Shown piece after piece: positions 48,476-58,823 of a stretch of DNA of 62,514 bases. The DNA comes from an uncultured Gammaproteobacteria bacterium (GTDB lineage Bacteria; Patescibacteriota; Microgenomatia; Daviesbacterales; UBA10151): assembly GCA_964393525.1 (NCBI GenBank), contig CAYMTV010000001.1, positions 82,178 to 144,691 of the forward strand, given 5' to 3'. Below the pieces are notes generated by a model. That model had not been told where the DNA came from. It searched no databases and saw only the letters and a list, made by a program, of their open reading frames with translations. A program made the position numbers and the translations under genes. Every line of letters starts with the position of its first letter. The stretch's first letter is position 1.

Positions 48476-51400
48476 AATACTTATCTTTATCTTTCTATCT
48501 CTTTTTCTCTTCTATTTTTTTTCAGCAAACACTAAGGTGTTTGCACAAGGGTTAAGTGATCATCAAAAACAGATTACCATAGTTAACCCAATAAGAGGAA
48601 AAGATTTTTGGTCAAATGATTTCCCGGTTTTGGATACAACCAGAAAGCAATATGAAGTTATCAAAAAACACAATCTTGCTGCCACCTGGCTTGTGCGTTT
48701 TGATGCGCTGGAAGATAAAGAAACGGTTAATTTTTTAAAAAATCTTGAGCCAAACCAAGAACTGGGGATTTTTTTGGAGGTTACCCCTGCATTCACAAAG
48801 AAAGCAGGAGTCAAGTACAACCAAAGCCCGAATTGGCACTGGGCAAAATCAGTATTAGTTATTGGCTATGCACCCGAGGACAGAAAGAAGATGGTTGACG
48901 CGGTATTTGAAAGATTTAAGGATGTTTTTGGTTTTTATCCAAAATCAGTTGGAGCATGGTGGATTGACGGAGGAACGTTATTCTACATGAAAGAAAAATA
49001 TGGGATAGAAGTAAATATGGATGTGGCAGACCAGTTTTCAACCGACCAGTACCAAGTTTGGGGACAGTACTGGTCAGTACCCTTTTACCCTTCTAAAGCC
49101 AATGCTCTAATGCCTGCCCAAACCAATGAACAAAAAATAGGTGTAGTAACAATTCAGTGGGCAAACAGGGATCCTTTTAACGGATACGGTAACGGTATTT
49201 TTGAGAGCACTTTTAGCGTTCAGGCCAATGATTATGTGTTGCATGAATTAAAGACGGCTTACTTTAAAAAGCTGGTTGAAATCTATCCCCAAATAACAGT
49301 CGGACTTGAGAATGATTTTTCTTGGGAGAAATTTGGTGGTGAGTATGAAAATCAAATAGGTTTTATTGCCGCAGAAAAGCAAAAAGGCAATCTGGCAGCT
49401 TCCACAATGTCTCAGTATGGAAGATTTTACAAAAATCTTTTTCCTGAACTTTCGCCAATGGAAACAATTCTGGCAGATGACCCTTTAGGAGGTGGTGGAA
49501 AAGTGTTGTGGCTTTTGTCTCCAAAATACAGAGCGGGGTTGTTTTCTGGAAATGGTGGCGTAGCAATCCGGGATCTTAGGGTATATAACGGCGCATCGGA
49601 AGAATCCTGTCTTAGAAAAAGCTGCGAAACTTTAAGCTTATCCGAAAGTTTTGTAAACTCGATAGATGAGGCCTTTTACCAAAGCAGGTGGCTTTTAGAT
49701 GAAGGTAGAGTTTCGGACTTTGTGTTAAAACAAACAGGAGAGATGGTTGAAATAAGTTATAAAAATCAGGCTGGTGTTCAAAAAAAAGTTAAGTTTCTGC
49801 CAAATGATATAGAAGCAAACGGCAGGATCCAAACTTTGCAGTCAGCAATACTAAATACCTTGGAAGAGCAAAAAGCGGAAAAAGCAAAAAGTGAAGCTGG
49901 CTTAAATCCGGATTATGCAAAAGTTTTTTCTGAGCTTCCTTTTAATACTTTAAAGTTTTTTATTTTTTTAATCCTATTTATATTTTTGCCGGGTTGGGCT
50001 TTAACAAAAAAATGGCTATTGTCTATACCGGTTGGCATCAGCCTTTTGGCGGTTACAGGTTTTTTAATTGGTCAATTTTTTTCGCTTAAACTGCTTTGGG
50101 TTTTACCCCTGATTGTTGTGATTTACATCGTTAAATCGGGGTTGCCCAAGCCGATAATAAGACCACTTAACTTACATGCAATTTTAATCAGTATCTTAAT
50201 ACTGGTTGGTTCATTAACTTGGCTTAGTACTACAGCAAAAAGCGGTTTAATGTATGGGTATGGGATGGGGTTTTGGGGACCGAACGGGCATGATGGGATC
50301 TGGCATTTATCACTTATCTCGGAGTTAAGCCGTAATATCCCTCCGGAAAATCCTATCTTTGCCGGCGAAAAGTTATTAAATTATCATTATCTATTTGATC
50401 TGTTGCCCGCGATAGGAGTCAATTTACTTAACATAAATCCCCAAGATATGCTTTTTAGATTTTTCCCGGCATTAATTACACTTTTATCCGGACTTCTAAT
50501 GTTTGCTTTAGCAAAAAAAGTTTTTGAAAAGGCAAATCCGGGGAAAAATCCTTTTTGGGCCGGATTTATAGCAACTTTTTTCTTATATTTTGGTGGAAGT
50601 TTTGGTTGGGTAATTTCCTATTTTAGAGATAGAAGTTTTGGGGGGGAAACAATGTTCTGGTCGCAACAGTCAATATCCACCTTGCTTAATCCCCCGTTTG
50701 CCATATCCATAATGATCTTTTTAGCTGGGGCTTATCTTTATTATGATTTGATGGAAGATCAAAAATGGAACCTTCCAAAAATCCTCATATTGGCTCTTCT
50801 TTGGGGAAGCTTAATTGGGTTTAAAGCATATGGAGGGGTTTTGGTTTTAACCACATTGGCTGCTGTAACTATTGGACGGATTATCTTTAATAGAAATTTT
50901 CAGCTTCTACCCATTTTAGTTGCAAGCGCCACATTATCTGCTGTTATCTTTTTGCCGAGTAATTCGGACAGCGGTTCCATTTTTGTTTTATCACCCTTAT
51001 GGTTTGTCTCAACAATGATTATTTTCCAGGATAGGCTTTACTGGCCCAGGCTTTATTTAACTTTAGAGTCAGGGGTGTTTTATAAAGTTTGGGGGGGTTT
51101 ACTTTTTGGTACGTTAATTTTTCTTCTGGGCAATTTTGGAACAAGGTTAATCGGACTTTTTAACTTCAAAGCTTTTATGAAAAATTCATTCCTTTTTTGG
51201 ATGTTTGTTTTAGGGATAATTATCCCATTGCTTTTTATTCAAAAAGGAACAAACTGGAATAGTATTCAATTTTTCTATTACAGTCTTTTAATCTTAAGTA
51301 TTTTTGCAAGCATTTCTTTTGGGCATTTTTTAGAAAAGTTTAGAAAAATCAAATGGATAGGTCTTATTTTATTGGTGCTACTGACCATACCTACAACTTT

Positions 51401-51842
51401 GGATACGCTAAATCACTATTTACCGAACCGTCCTCCGGCGATGCTTTCTAAGAGTGAATTTGAGGCGTTAAATTTTCTAAAGGAGCAGGAAACAGGGGTG
51501 GTTTTAAGTCTGCCATTTAATGAAAAGCTTAAAGAAAGATTTGAGGCTCCAGTACCTTTAGCTTACTATGCACCAACGGCTTATGTATCATCTTTTTCCC
51601 AAAAACCAAGCTTTATTGAAGATACGATCAATCTTGAAATATTGGATGTCGATTATAAGGGTAGAGTTAATTTGCAAAAGGATTTTTTCAAAATTCCGGA
51701 TCAGGCTAAAAAAATCCTTCAAAACAACAATATTAGATACATATATTTACTGAAGGGACAACAAATATCACTTGATGAAAATAAAATAGCCGCAAAAAAG
51801 ATATTTGAAAATGAAGAAGTAGTAATTTACGAATCTTTATGA
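48459..51842 (+). CDS. Fusion of an extracytoplasmic deacetylase/glycoside-hydrolase-like barrel and a GT-C-like membrane domain
   Basis: N-half ATWL...QELG.FLE...FG.YPKSVGAWWID; C-half polytopic with GHDGIWH and a C-terminal EFEALNFLK domain. Confidence 0.6.
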   Translation: MMKLIKILIFIFLSLFLFYFFSANTKVFAQGLSDHQKQITIVNPIRGKDFWSNDFPVLDTTRKQYEVIKKHNLAATWLVRFDALEDKETVNFLKNLEPNQELGIFLEVTPAFTKKAGVKYNQSPNWHWAKSVLVIGYAPEDRKKMVDAVFERFKDVFGFYPKSVGAWWIDGGTLFYMKEKYGIEVNMDVADQFSTDQYQVWGQYWSVPFYPSKANALMPAQTNEQKIGVVTIQWANRDPFNGYGNGIFESTFSVQANDYVLHELKTAYFKKLVEIYPQITVGLENDFSWEKFGGEYENQIGFIAAEKQKGNLAASTMSQYGRFYKNLFPELSPMETILADDPLGGGGKVLWLLSPKYRAGLFSGNGGVAIRDLRVYNGASEESCLRKSCETLSLSESFVNSIDEAFYQSRWLLDEGRVSDFVLKQTGEMVEISYKNQAGVQKKVKFLPNDIEANGRIQTLQSAILNTLEEQKAEKAKSEAGLNPDYAKVFSELPFNTLKFFIFLILFIFLPGWALTKKWLLSIPVGISLLAVTGFLIGQFFSLKLLWVLPLIVVIYIVKSGLPKPIIRPLNLHAILISILILVGSLTWLSTTAKSGLMYGYGMGFWGPNGHDGIWHLSLISELSRNIPPENPIFAGEKLLNYHYLFDLLPAIGVNLLNINPQDMLFRFFPALITLLSGLLMFALAKKVFEKANPGKNPFWAGFIATFFLYFGGSFGWVISYFRDRSFGGETMFWSQQSISTLLNPPFAISIMIFLAGAYLYYDLMEDQKWNLPKILILALLWGSLIGFKAYGGVLVLTTLAAVTIGRIIFNRNFQLLPILVASATLSAVIFLPSNSDSGSIFVLSPLWFVSTMIIFQDRLYWPRLYLTLESGVFYKVWGGLLFGTLIFLLGNFGTRLIGLFNFKAFMKNSFLFWMFVLGIIIPLLFIQKGTNWNSIQFFYYSLLILSIFASISFGHFLEKFRKIKWIGLILLVLLTIPTTLDTLNHYLPNRPPAMLSKSEFEALNFLKEQETGVVLSLPFNEKLKERFEAPVPLAYYAPTAYVSSFSQKPSFIEDTINLEILDVDYKGRVNLQKDFFKIPDQAKKILQNNNIRYIYLLKGQQISLDENKIAAKKIFENEEVVIYESL

Positions 51843-53341
51843 ACCCCAAAAGACTTAAAAAGACCCGCCTAATCTTTAATTCCAAATCTTTTAAAATTTT
51901 TGTTTTTACCCTTGTTTTAATTTTTACATTTATATTAAGGGCGCATAACTATGATCGTAATCCCTGGATTGGTCATATGGAAGAGATGTTATTTGCCTGG
52001 TCAGGGATCTATTTGATTGAAACTGGAGTACCTGTTTCCTGGTCTAATCTTGATTATCCAAAAGAAGCATTATTTTTTGAGGGTATAAAATCTTTGGATG
52101 GACAGGAGCCTAAAGTTGGAGTCCAGATGTATAAACCCTGGCTTGATGAGCCACCCGTATTCTCGCTTTTAGTAGGAAGTTTTGCCCATCTTTATCAGGC
52201 CAACAGAGAAAATATTATTCCAAGTTCATTCGTCAGAATTCCAATGATTTTTATTGCAACTTTGATTTCTTTATTTATCTTTTTAATCCTTAAAAAAATG
52301 GCAGGTTTTTGGATAGGGTTACTGGGGATAATAGTTTATGGAGTAACTCCAAATTTTGTTTTGGGGTCAAGAATGGCTGTTCCGGAGAATTTAATTACTC
52401 TTTTTTTTATTATTACCCTTTTTTTGACTATAAAATTTATCGAAAAAGATAAAATAATATATCTTACTATTATACCTTTACTTGCTGGAATTGCCGGGCT
52501 TGCCAAACCAACCGGGTTTTTAATTATTCTTTTTCCGATTTATTTTTTGCTTAAAAAAAAGTTAATAAAGTTAAGTTTTCTAATGCTTTTTGCGATGACC
52601 CCTTTTGTTATTGCCTTTTTTGCCTATGGCATTTATTACAACTCAGAAATCTTTTGGAGAATTACTGCTTTGCAATCTTTCAGACCAGCCGGGTTTAGTA
52701 GTCTGGCCAAATTTTTCATTTCTCCGGCCTATGATATTAACATTAGCTTTGACAGCTGGTATGTTTTTACTCTTGTTGCCTCAGGGTACTTTTTACTTGC
52801 TCAAAAAGAAAAAATATTAAAAGTTATTTCCTTAGCTTTTGTATTTTGGCTGGCTGTAATTTTAATTTCCGGAGGAGAAGGGGATTTGTTGCCCTGGTAC
52901 AGATATCCCCTGTTTCCCATTTTAGCTATTTTTGGGGCTCTGGCAATTCAGTTAATTTTGAAAAATATTAATTTAATAACTTCAATAATTTTTACGAGTT
53001 TTATGTTAGGTAATAGGTGGCTTTTGATAAACGCCTTTCATAGCAATATGTATCCTAATACCTTTAGACTCCTATTTATCCTTTTGAACTTGCCGGCGAT
53101 TTTAATGTCATTTTCTACTAAAAAGATTTTTTTATATTTATCAAAGATAGTAATAATTCTTGTTATAGCAATTGGAGCATATATTAATACAATCTATATT
53201 TATAACCAGTTTGAAATCCAATGTGAACAGAAGGAATGCCCAATTGGTCCTTCAACTGCTATCTCAAGGCTCTATTTTCCGATATTTTGGAGATTCTTTA
53301 CTTTCAGGGATATTCTACCTGAAACTATCCGTGTTTTTTAA
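51839..53341 (+). CDS. GT-C-like membrane glycosyltransferase
   Basis: Polytopic; MEE loop, LDEPP, SRMAVPEN, LAKPTG. Confidence 0.7.
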   Translation: MNPKRLKKTRLIFNSKSFKIFVFTLVLIFTFILRAHNYDRNPWIGHMEEMLFAWSGIYLIETGVPVSWSNLDYPKEALFFEGIKSLDGQEPKVGVQMYKPWLDEPPVFSLLVGSFAHLYQANRENIIPSSFVRIPMIFIATLISLFIFLILKKMAGFWIGLLGIIVYGVTPNFVLGSRMAVPENLITLFFIITLFLTIKFIEKDKIIYLTIIPLLAGIAGLAKPTGFLIILFPIYFLLKKKLIKLSFLMLFAMTPFVIAFFAYGIYYNSEIFWRITALQSFRPAGFSSLAKFFISPAYDINISFDSWYVFTLVASGYFLLAQKEKILKVISLAFVFWLAVILISGGEGDLLPWYRYPLFPILAIFGALAIQLILKNINLITSIIFTSFMLGNRWLLINAFHSNMYPNTFRLLFILLNLPAILMSFSTKKIFLYLSKIVIILVIAIGAYINTIYIYNQFEIQCEQKECPIGPSTAISRLYFPIFWRFFTFRDILPETIRVF

Positions 53342-54897
53342 TCAAGAGTGTTGTTGCAGACTTTTTTGATTTGAATCTCAGTTTTCCAAAGAAAAACATG
53401 GGATTTTTTTAGACAAAACTTTTCAAAATTATTTAACCAGGCCTGTCTTCTATCCGGCATTTCATCGGCTTCAATTATTAAAAAAATTGAATCACCACTC
53501 CCTGCGGACTTCCTTTTATTCAGGAATTTTTCGTTTTGAGCTATATATTCCGGAACATTATCCAAATAGGTAACAGTATCCGGGTGGTAACCGTATTTTT
53601 TTCCTCCATGCCACCAATAAAGATACTGGTAAGGAAAATCATAAACAGATGCCATATAGTTATAAGCCTTAAAGGGCTTGCCCTCTGCTTTTTGATAAAT
53701 CCAAGAAATAGCCTCAATCTCATTTCTTAAGTTACTTTTATCGGTTGAGCGCTCATCCGGGGATTTGGGAATAAGTCTTGAATGGACGATCGTTGTATTG
53801 ATAAAGGATATTAAAAGAAGCAGAATTATTAATGGAGTTAAAAACTTATGCCATCTGATTAGCTCGGCCAAAAAAACTGAGATCAATATCAAAAACGGAA
53901 TATGGAGTCCGAGTAAATACCAGCCTTTAAGTGGATAGGGGTAAAACATATAAAAGGCAAATGAATAAAGAATAAAAAATAAAGCATAAAGAAAGAATGG
54001 TTTTAAATCCTGACTGATTTTTTTCATTTTCCATAAGTAAATTAAAAAAATTATGGCTATGGTAAAAAGGGCATTAATTAAAATTCTTGGCAAATCAAAT
54101 AATCCATAGATGGAATTAATGTAACTTTCTAAGTGAAGATTAAATATTTTATCGAGAGATAATTTTTCTCCCAAAATAGAACTTTGTCCCCCAAATTCTC
54201 CAAAAAAGGTTTTAGTCATAACAAAACCGTGTCTTAATTCAAATAATATTTGCGGAATCAAAGTAATAAAAAATCCTAAGAAAGATGAAAGTATATACTT
54301 ATAATGGACTCTTTTTATCAGATAAACCAAAATTAGGAAGGGGAAGAATAATACTGCAAAAGCCGCCTCAATCTGCATAGCCAGTCCGGATATGAAACCT
54401 GCCAGAAAGGATGCTTTCTTTGTTTGATTTTTGAGATTATAAATCAAGCAAAGAAAGTAGAACATAGTAAAATATGGCATTGGATTGGCGCTCCAGGAAA
54501 ACCTGCTTGAGTAAAAAAATGAAGGTGCCATTAAAAATTGCAGAGAGATTAATAATGCAAATTGGGGATGAGTCTTTTTTAGAAGCCACCATAGTAGGGT
54601 TCCGGTTGCCATATACCAGATGATCATCCAATATACTAAGCTTGCAGGATCTCCGCCACTTAAGACAAAGGGAGGAACATTAAAGTAATACCAAAATGGC
54701 CCCAAATAAACCCCGTTAATACTGGTCGTAGGGCCTATAAGCCGGGGTTTTAATCCGACTACAATTTCCCTCAGATCAAGCATATCCCGGCCCTGATCCG
54801 TGGTAAATGGAAAATTATAGTTAAGGACTACTCCAAACCTTAAATATAAACTTATGATAAAGGTCAAAGTGAAGATTATCCAAAAAATTTTTCTCAC
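53338..54897 (-). CDS. ArnT/PMT-like GT-C glycosyltransferase
   Basis: TDQGRD...LIGPTTS...YLGPFWYY; convergent 4-nt stop overlap with the preceding gene. Confidence 0.8.
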   Translation of the reverse strand: MRKIFWIIFTLTFIISLYLRFGVVLNYNFPFTTDQGRDMLDLREIVVGLKPRLIGPTTSINGVYLGPFWYYFNVPPFVLSGGDPASLVYWMIIWYMATGTLLWWLLKKTHPQFALLISLQFLMAPSFFYSSRFSWSANPMPYFTMFYFLCLIYNLKNQTKKASFLAGFISGLAMQIEAAFAVLFFPFLILVYLIKRVHYKYILSSFLGFFITLIPQILFELRHGFVMTKTFFGEFGGQSSILGEKLSLDKIFNLHLESYINSIYGLFDLPRILINALFTIAIIFLIYLWKMKKISQDLKPFFLYALFFILYSFAFYMFYPYPLKGWYLLGLHIPFLILISVFLAELIRWHKFLTPLIILLLLISFINTTIVHSRLIPKSPDERSTDKSNLRNEIEAISWIYQKAEGKPFKAYNYMASVYDFPYQYLYWWHGGKKYGYHPDTVTYLDNVPEYIAQNEKFLNKRKSAGSGDSIFLIIEADEMPDRRQAWLNNFEKFCLKKSHVFLWKTEIQIKKVCNNTLD

Positions 54898-54950
54898 AGC
54901 TAGATAAATTATACTGTCTGAAGAAGATTTTATGCTAATATATTTCTAGT

Positions 54951-55856
54951 ATGCAAGGTAAAATTTCTGTTGTCATAAATACCTTAAATGAGGAAAAAAA
55001 TATTGAAAGAGTGATCAACTCGGTTTCCTGGGCAGATGAAATATTGATTTGCGATATGCACTCTGATGATAATACTGCAGTTGTTGCCAAAAAACTGGGT
55101 GCAAAAGTCATTTTCCACAAAAGGACTGGTTTTGTGGAACCTGCCAGAAATTTTGCCATCTCAAAAACCGAACATGAATGGGTTTTAATAGTTGATGCTG
55201 ATGAAGAAATCCCCGAGGGTTTAGAAGGAAAATTAAAAGATATCATCAGCCACCCCGGGGTTACTACTTTTGTAGAAATTCCCAGAAAAAATATTATTTT
55301 TAACAAGTGGATAAAGTCCTCAATGTGGTGGCCGGATTACAATATCAGGTTTTTCAAAAAAGAAGCTGTCAGCTGGTCTAATAAAATTCACCGCCCCCCA
55401 AAGACCGAGGGACAAGGCCTTAAGCTTCCCAAAGATGAGCGTTGGGCAATTATTCATCATCACTACAACACCATCTCCCAGTTTATCTCAAGACTAAATA
55501 GATATACCGATATTCAGGCAAGAGAACTCAGACATGAGGGCTATAAGTTCAAGTGGACTGATTTGATTGAACGGCCGATTGCGGAATTTTTGGGAAGGTT
55601 TTTTGCCAACAAAGGTTACCAGGATGGTCTTCACGGACTTGCTCTAAGCCTGCTTCAGGCATTTTCCTTTATAGTGGTTTACTTAAAGGTCTGGGAGGCG
55701 CAAGGATTTAAAGAGGAAGAAGTAAGACTTGAAGATTTTAAGCAATTAAGCAAACAAAAGGGGGAGGAATTAAATTACTGGTTCAAATATGGAAATCTAT
55801 CGGAAAACGCCGTTAAAAGGTTTTGGCAGAAGACAAAAAATAAATTTAATTTATGA
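54951..55856 (+). CDS. GT2 glycosyltransferase (beta-1,4-glucosyltransferase-like)
   Basis: NTLNEEKNI, CDMHSDD, ARNFAI, VDADE, GYQDGLHGL. Confidence 0.88.
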   Translation: MQGKISVVINTLNEEKNIERVINSVSWADEILICDMHSDDNTAVVAKKLGAKVIFHKRTGFVEPARNFAISKTEHEWVLIVDADEEIPEGLEGKLKDIISHPGVTTFVEIPRKNIIFNKWIKSSMWWPDYNIRFFKKEAVSWSNKIHRPPKTEGQGLKLPKDERWAIIHHHYNTISQFISRLNRYTDIQARELRHEGYKFKWTDLIERPIAEFLGRFFANKGYQDGLHGLALSLLQAFSFIVVYLKVWEAQGFKEEEVRLEDFKQLSKQKGEELNYWFKYGNLSENAVKRFWQKTKNKFNL

Positions 55857-56070
55857 GAAGTAGGGTTTTGTCTCGGGTTTTTAGAAAGTTTTGGCCCATA
55901 CTGCTTCTGATACTTATATCTTTTGCCTTTTAATTCAAACTTTTTGACCGCAGTTTTTGCTTGGAGATGCTGGAACATGTTAAAACTCGTTAGCTTTACC
56001 AAGTAAGGACCGTGAAGTCTTCGTAAAAACGTGAACATGTGAATCAATTCGGGTAAAATAGAACTTACAG

Positions 56071-56922
56071 GTGAAGAAAGTTGCAATTATTATCCTAAAT
56101 TACAAGCTAAAAAATCAGGTACTTGAGTGTATTAAATCCTTAAGGGAATCAACTTATAAGAATTTTTCAATCTTTGTTGTCGACAATAATTCAGGCGATA
56201 GCCTGGAAGTTGAAATCGGTCAAAAGCAGGAAATTTGTTTTATTCAAACCGGAAAAAACCTGGGATATGCAGGAGGAAATAATGCCGGTATTAAAAAAGC
56301 TTTAAGCGAAAATGCGGATTATATACTAATCCTCAATCCGGACACTATTGTTGAGCCAAATACAATCGTAGAACTTGTGGCAGGTATTGAAAAATATAAA
56401 GCAGGAATCGTTTGTCCCAAAATTTTTTTTGGAAACTCTAAAACAATCTGGTTTGCCGGCAAAACTTTGGATTTAAAAAATGTATTGGGAAACCATAAAG
56501 GAGTTAATGAAGAAGACCTTGGACAGTATGATCAGGACGAAGAAATAAATGATATTACAGGAGCCGCCATGATGGTTAGAGCCCAAGTTTTTGAAAATAT
56601 TGGTTTATTTGACGAGCGATACTTCTTATACTATGAAGAGAGCGATTTTTCATATAGAGCTAAAAAGGCAGGATTTAAATTGATGTATATCTATAAAGCT
56701 AAAGTTTTCCATAAAAATGCCCAAGCAACCGGGCTAGGCTCACCCCTTCAAGATTATTTCATAACTAGAAATAGGCTGCTTTTTGCCTCCAAGTTTTTGC
56801 CTTTTAGGACTCAATTTGCCCTTATCAGAGAAGCTTTAAGAAATTTAGGCAATCAGATGAGAAGACTAGCGTTGTTTGATTTCTTACTTGGCAATTTTGG
56901 GAGAGGGAGCTTCAAGATTTAA
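56071..56922 (+). CDS. GT2 glycosyltransferase (rhamnosyltransferase-like)
   Basis: VDNNSGD, NLGYAGGNN, LNPDT, GAAM, FLYYEESD. Confidence 0.88.
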   Translation: MKKVAIIILNYKLKNQVLECIKSLRESTYKNFSIFVVDNNSGDSLEVEIGQKQEICFIQTGKNLGYAGGNNAGIKKALSENADYILILNPDTIVEPNTIVELVAGIEKYKAGIVCPKIFFGNSKTIWFAGKTLDLKNVLGNHKGVNEEDLGQYDQDEEINDITGAAMMVRAQVFENIGLFDERYFLYYEESDFSYRAKKAGFKLMYIYKAKVFHKNAQATGLGSPLQDYFITRNRLLFASKFLPFRTQFALIREALRNLGNQMRRLALFDFLLGNFGRGSFKI

Positions 56923-56926
56923 GAAT

Positions 56927-57730
56927 ATGTTGTCTGTGATTGTAATTACCAAGAATGAGGAACAAATAATAAAAGCTTGTCTTGAGTCGGTTAAATGGGC
57001 CGATGAGATCATAGTTATCGATAATGGAAGTACCGATAATACTACTGAAATCGCTAAAAAATATGCAGATAAAGTTATTTCTTTTAAGGACCAGGATTTT
57101 GCAGCCTTAAGAGATAAGGCTTTAGAACATGTAGAAGGTGATTGGGTTTTATATGTGGATTCTGATGAGCGCGTACTTAAAGGTTTAAAGGAGGAGATTG
57201 AAAATTTAATTAAAGATGATTCATTTAGTGCTTTCGCCATATCTCGAAGAAATATTATTTTTGGGGTAGAGCAAAAATATGGTCCGTTCTGGCCGGATTG
57301 GGTAATTAGGCTTCTTAAAAAAAGAGATTTTGAGGGTTGGTTCGGTAGAGTTCATGAACAACCGAAGTTTAGAGGAAAGTTAGGATATACCCAAAACTCT
57401 CTTTTACATTTAACCCATAGAGATCTTGATCAAATAGTTTTAAAAAGTTTGGATTGGTCAAAAATAGATGCAAAGTTGAGGTTAGAAGCCAAACATCCAA
57501 AAATGTCTTCTTGGAGATTTTTAAGAATTCTTTTTGGAGAACTCTTTAATCAGGGAGTCGTAAGAAGAGGATTTTTTTCTGGGACTGTTGGAACAATTGA
57601 TTCAATTTTGCAAACATTTAGTTTATTTATGACATATGTACGTCTTTGGCAGTTGCAGCGAATACCCTCAATTGAAGAAAAGTATAAAAAAATTGATGAA
57701 GATTTGATTCAAAACAACTTCAAGATTTAA
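56927..57730 (+). CDS. GT2 glycosyltransferase
   Basis: ITKNEE, IDNGSTD, VDSDE; ATG 56927 preferred over the overlapping track start 56876. Confidence 0.88.
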   Translation: MLSVIVITKNEEQIIKACLESVKWADEIIVIDNGSTDNTTEIAKKYADKVISFKDQDFAALRDKALEHVEGDWVLYVDSDERVLKGLKEEIENLIKDDSFSAFAISRRNIIFGVEQKYGPFWPDWVIRLLKKRDFEGWFGRVHEQPKFRGKLGYTQNSLLHLTHRDLDQIVLKSLDWSKIDAKLRLEAKHPKMSSWRFLRILFGELFNQGVVRRGFFSGTVGTIDSILQTFSLFMTYVRLWQLQRIPSIEEKYKKIDEDLIQNNFKI

Positions 57731-57734
57731 TTTC

Positions 57735-58823
57735 ATGACTAAAAAATTAAAAATTGGTGTTTATAGCCCTTATCTTGATACGGTTGGTGGCGGAGAGAAA
57801 TACATGCTTACAATAGCTGAGATTTTGTCCGAGGATAGTGAGGTAGACTTTTTACTGGGTACCCACCTTTATCAGGCAGATATCGAATCGATAAAACATA
57901 AAATTAAGCTTTTGCATGGTTTGGATTTATCAGGGGTGAAATTTGTCAAATCTCCCATAGGAAAAGACAGCTCTTTTTTTGAAAGGCATTTCTTTCTGAG
58001 AAAATATGATTTTATTTTTTACTTAACGGATGGAAGTATTTTTTTATCTACTGCAAAAAAAAGTATCATCCACTTTCAGGTTCCGCTAAAAAATCAACTG
58101 AAAAATAATTTTTGGAATAATTTAAAAATCAAAAGCTGGCAAACTGCCATTTATAATTCCAACTTCACAAAAGATCTCGTTGAAAAAGAATGGCCATTTT
58201 TAGGTAAAGTGATTTACCCACCTGTATCTGTAGATAAGTTTGTTTCAAAACAGAAAAAGAAGCAGATCTTATCAGTTGGTAGGTTTTTTGGTTATTTAAA
58301 AGACAAAAAACACGAAGTTTTAATTGGGGCTTTTAAAAGATTAATAGATCAAAATAAGACTCGGGATTGGAGTCTGCATTTAGTTGGGGTAACAGGTCCC
58401 GGGGATGATGAGTATATTGAAGCTCTAAGAAAGAAGGCAGGCAAATATCCGATTTTTTTGCATCCTAACTTATCTTTTGATGATCTGATAAAGCTTTATG
58501 GCGAATCTAGCATTTACTGGCACGCTGCAGGCTTCAATGAAAATGATCCTGCAAAAATGGAGCATTTTGGTATTAGTACTGTTGAAGCAATGGCTGCAGA
58601 ATGTGTACCTGTTGTTATTAACAAAGGAGGTCAGAGGGAAATTGTTGAGGATGATGTATCTGGATTATTATGGGAAAATATAGAACAATTAGTGAAGATG
58701 ACATTGTCATTGATTGATGATTCGGAAAAGCTGAAAAAACTGGCAGAAAACGCCAAACTAAGATCGGAAAAATTTTCCAAAGAAAAATTTAAAGAAAATA
58801 TATTGGATTTGATTTATGGTTAA
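57735..58823 (+). CDS. GT4 glycosyltransferase
   Basis: GGGEKY, ILSVGRF, EHFGISTVEAM. Confidence 0.9.
   Translation: MTKKLKIGVYSPYLDTVGGGEKYMLTIAEILSEDSEVDFLLGTHLYQADIESIKHKIKLLHGLDLSGVKFVKSPIGKDSSFFERHFFLRKYDFIFYLTDGSIFLSTAKKSIIHFQVPLKNQLKNNFWNNLKIKSWQTAIYNSNFTKDLVEKEWPFLGKVIYPPVSVDKFVSKQKKKQILSVGRFFGYLKDKKHEVLIGAFKRLIDQNKTRDWSLHLVGVTGPGDDEYIEALRKKAGKYPIFLHPNLSFDDLIKLYGESSIYWHAAGFNENDPAKMEHFGISTVEAMAAECVPVVINKGGQREIVEDDVSGLLWENIEQLVKMTLSLIDDSEKLKKLAENAKLRSEKFSKEKFKENILDLIYG

Noticed and set aside
50640-51097. Two G7 tracts (50640-50646, 51091-51097) and many A/T runs as phase-variation switches
   Set aside because: Tracts are short, the frames are intact, and A/T runs are expected at this composition.
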